The position numbers and the translations under genes are program-made. This document shows, piece by piece, positions 63,181 to 64,000 of a stretch of DNA of 64,000 bases (positions within the stretch are counted from its first letter, which is position 1; each line of letters begins with the position of its first letter). The stretch comes from Epiperipatus broadwayi. Its lineage: Eukaryota; Animalia; Onychophora. Location of the stretch: contig JAQFVV010000004.1 in the NCBI GenBank assembly GCA_028023455.1, positions 6,820,001-6,884,000 of the forward strand, in the 5' to 3' direction. The notes beneath the pieces are model-generated. The model had not been told where the DNA came from and made no database searches. It worked only from the letters and a program-made list of their open reading frames with translations.

Positions 63181-64000
63181 CAATAACAATCAACAATCTC
63201 AAACTATTGTCAAGGCAACATCCTTTTATATATATAGCACATTTATTTATATTGCAACTAGTATTGAAGGATTGTGATAGCAATGGAGAAATATTGGTGG
63301 ATATTTTGGGGGGAAAAGTGATGTAATTTTATTAAATAATACTACAGAAATCAATTATTATATCATTATAGATTTTTTATTAAATCAACAATTTTTATTA
63401 CTAAGTTCATGTAATAATTTCAATCAATAAGAGCTAATATGCTATAAAAATATATTAAGTAATCTGCTGAAAAAAGGTTTGCTTACGAGAAGAATCTGTT
63501 GGCGGTCATTGGATTCAAATATTAAATACATTTTATTATCATTAGAATGGCACATCTTTTTAAAGATAAGTTATATATTTCAGCATTAAATAAAATCTCA
63601 AAATTATAATTTATGCCCACCTCTCTTTTTAAATTTGAAGAAGAGATATAATATGACACATAAATGTGTGTATTGAAATTAAAGTTCATCAATAGGCTTT
63701 TCAAACAGTCACAACAGGATTCTGACAAAAACATCTCTAGTCAACTGCTAGGAAGTGAAGGCTTTGTAGTTTTCATTTTACTCTCTAGCTAGTATTGGTT
63801 TGATACCACATATTGTCCTCTAATTAAATGATATTTGTGATAACTATAAGCTATCCTTAAAAAAATTCCAAACAGTACAATGATTCAAATGATATTATAT
63901 ATATACACACATATATATAGGTCTAATGAATGAATATTTCCAAGTCCTTTATTTCAATTTTAAAAACTAATTGCATTTAATATTTTAAAGATAATTTTTT

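Noticed and set aside
1-64000. CRISPR arrays, rRNA, prokaryotic operons or promoters
   Set aside because: No regularly spaced direct repeats, rRNA-like sequence or gene-dense coding; the content is typical animal repeat-rich DNA.

Overview
Very AT-rich, repeat-dense eukaryotic (animal, probably invertebrate) DNA. I recognise no intact host gene, rRNA, bona fide tRNA gene or CRISPR array; most ORF-track entries are spurious or decayed transposon fragments. Conventional content: several RTE-type LINE fragments, other decayed LINEs, a Penelope-like (PLE) GIY-YIG relic, a 3.84-kb hAT transposon with TIRs and an 8-bp TSD, hAT and pogo/Tigger-like MITEs, 12 copies of a ~100-bp tRNA-derived SINE, and a diverged ~1.8-kb inverted repeat pair (about 6.3-8.1 kb and 16.1-17.8 kb). 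The main signal is a set of small non-coding retroelements from at least 4 families with little or no sequence similarity (called A, B, C/D and E here). They share one insertion architecture: a 9-14 bp TSD, one arm carrying the element 3' end, and a head-to-head inverted second arm that typically stops about 50 nt short of that end. Families A and B carry type I hammerhead ribozymes with short palindromic helix III, and E has a degenerate hammerhead-like motif. B and E also have Pol III A/B-box-like motifs, and one B copy is terminally redundant (453-nt unit), as expected from a circular or multimeric RNA template. This reads as retrozyme/Sm-alpha-like hammerhead retroelements mobilised in trans by a PLE through two primings at one target site. 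All coordinates were counted by hand and may be off by a few nt; no database search or folding program was run.
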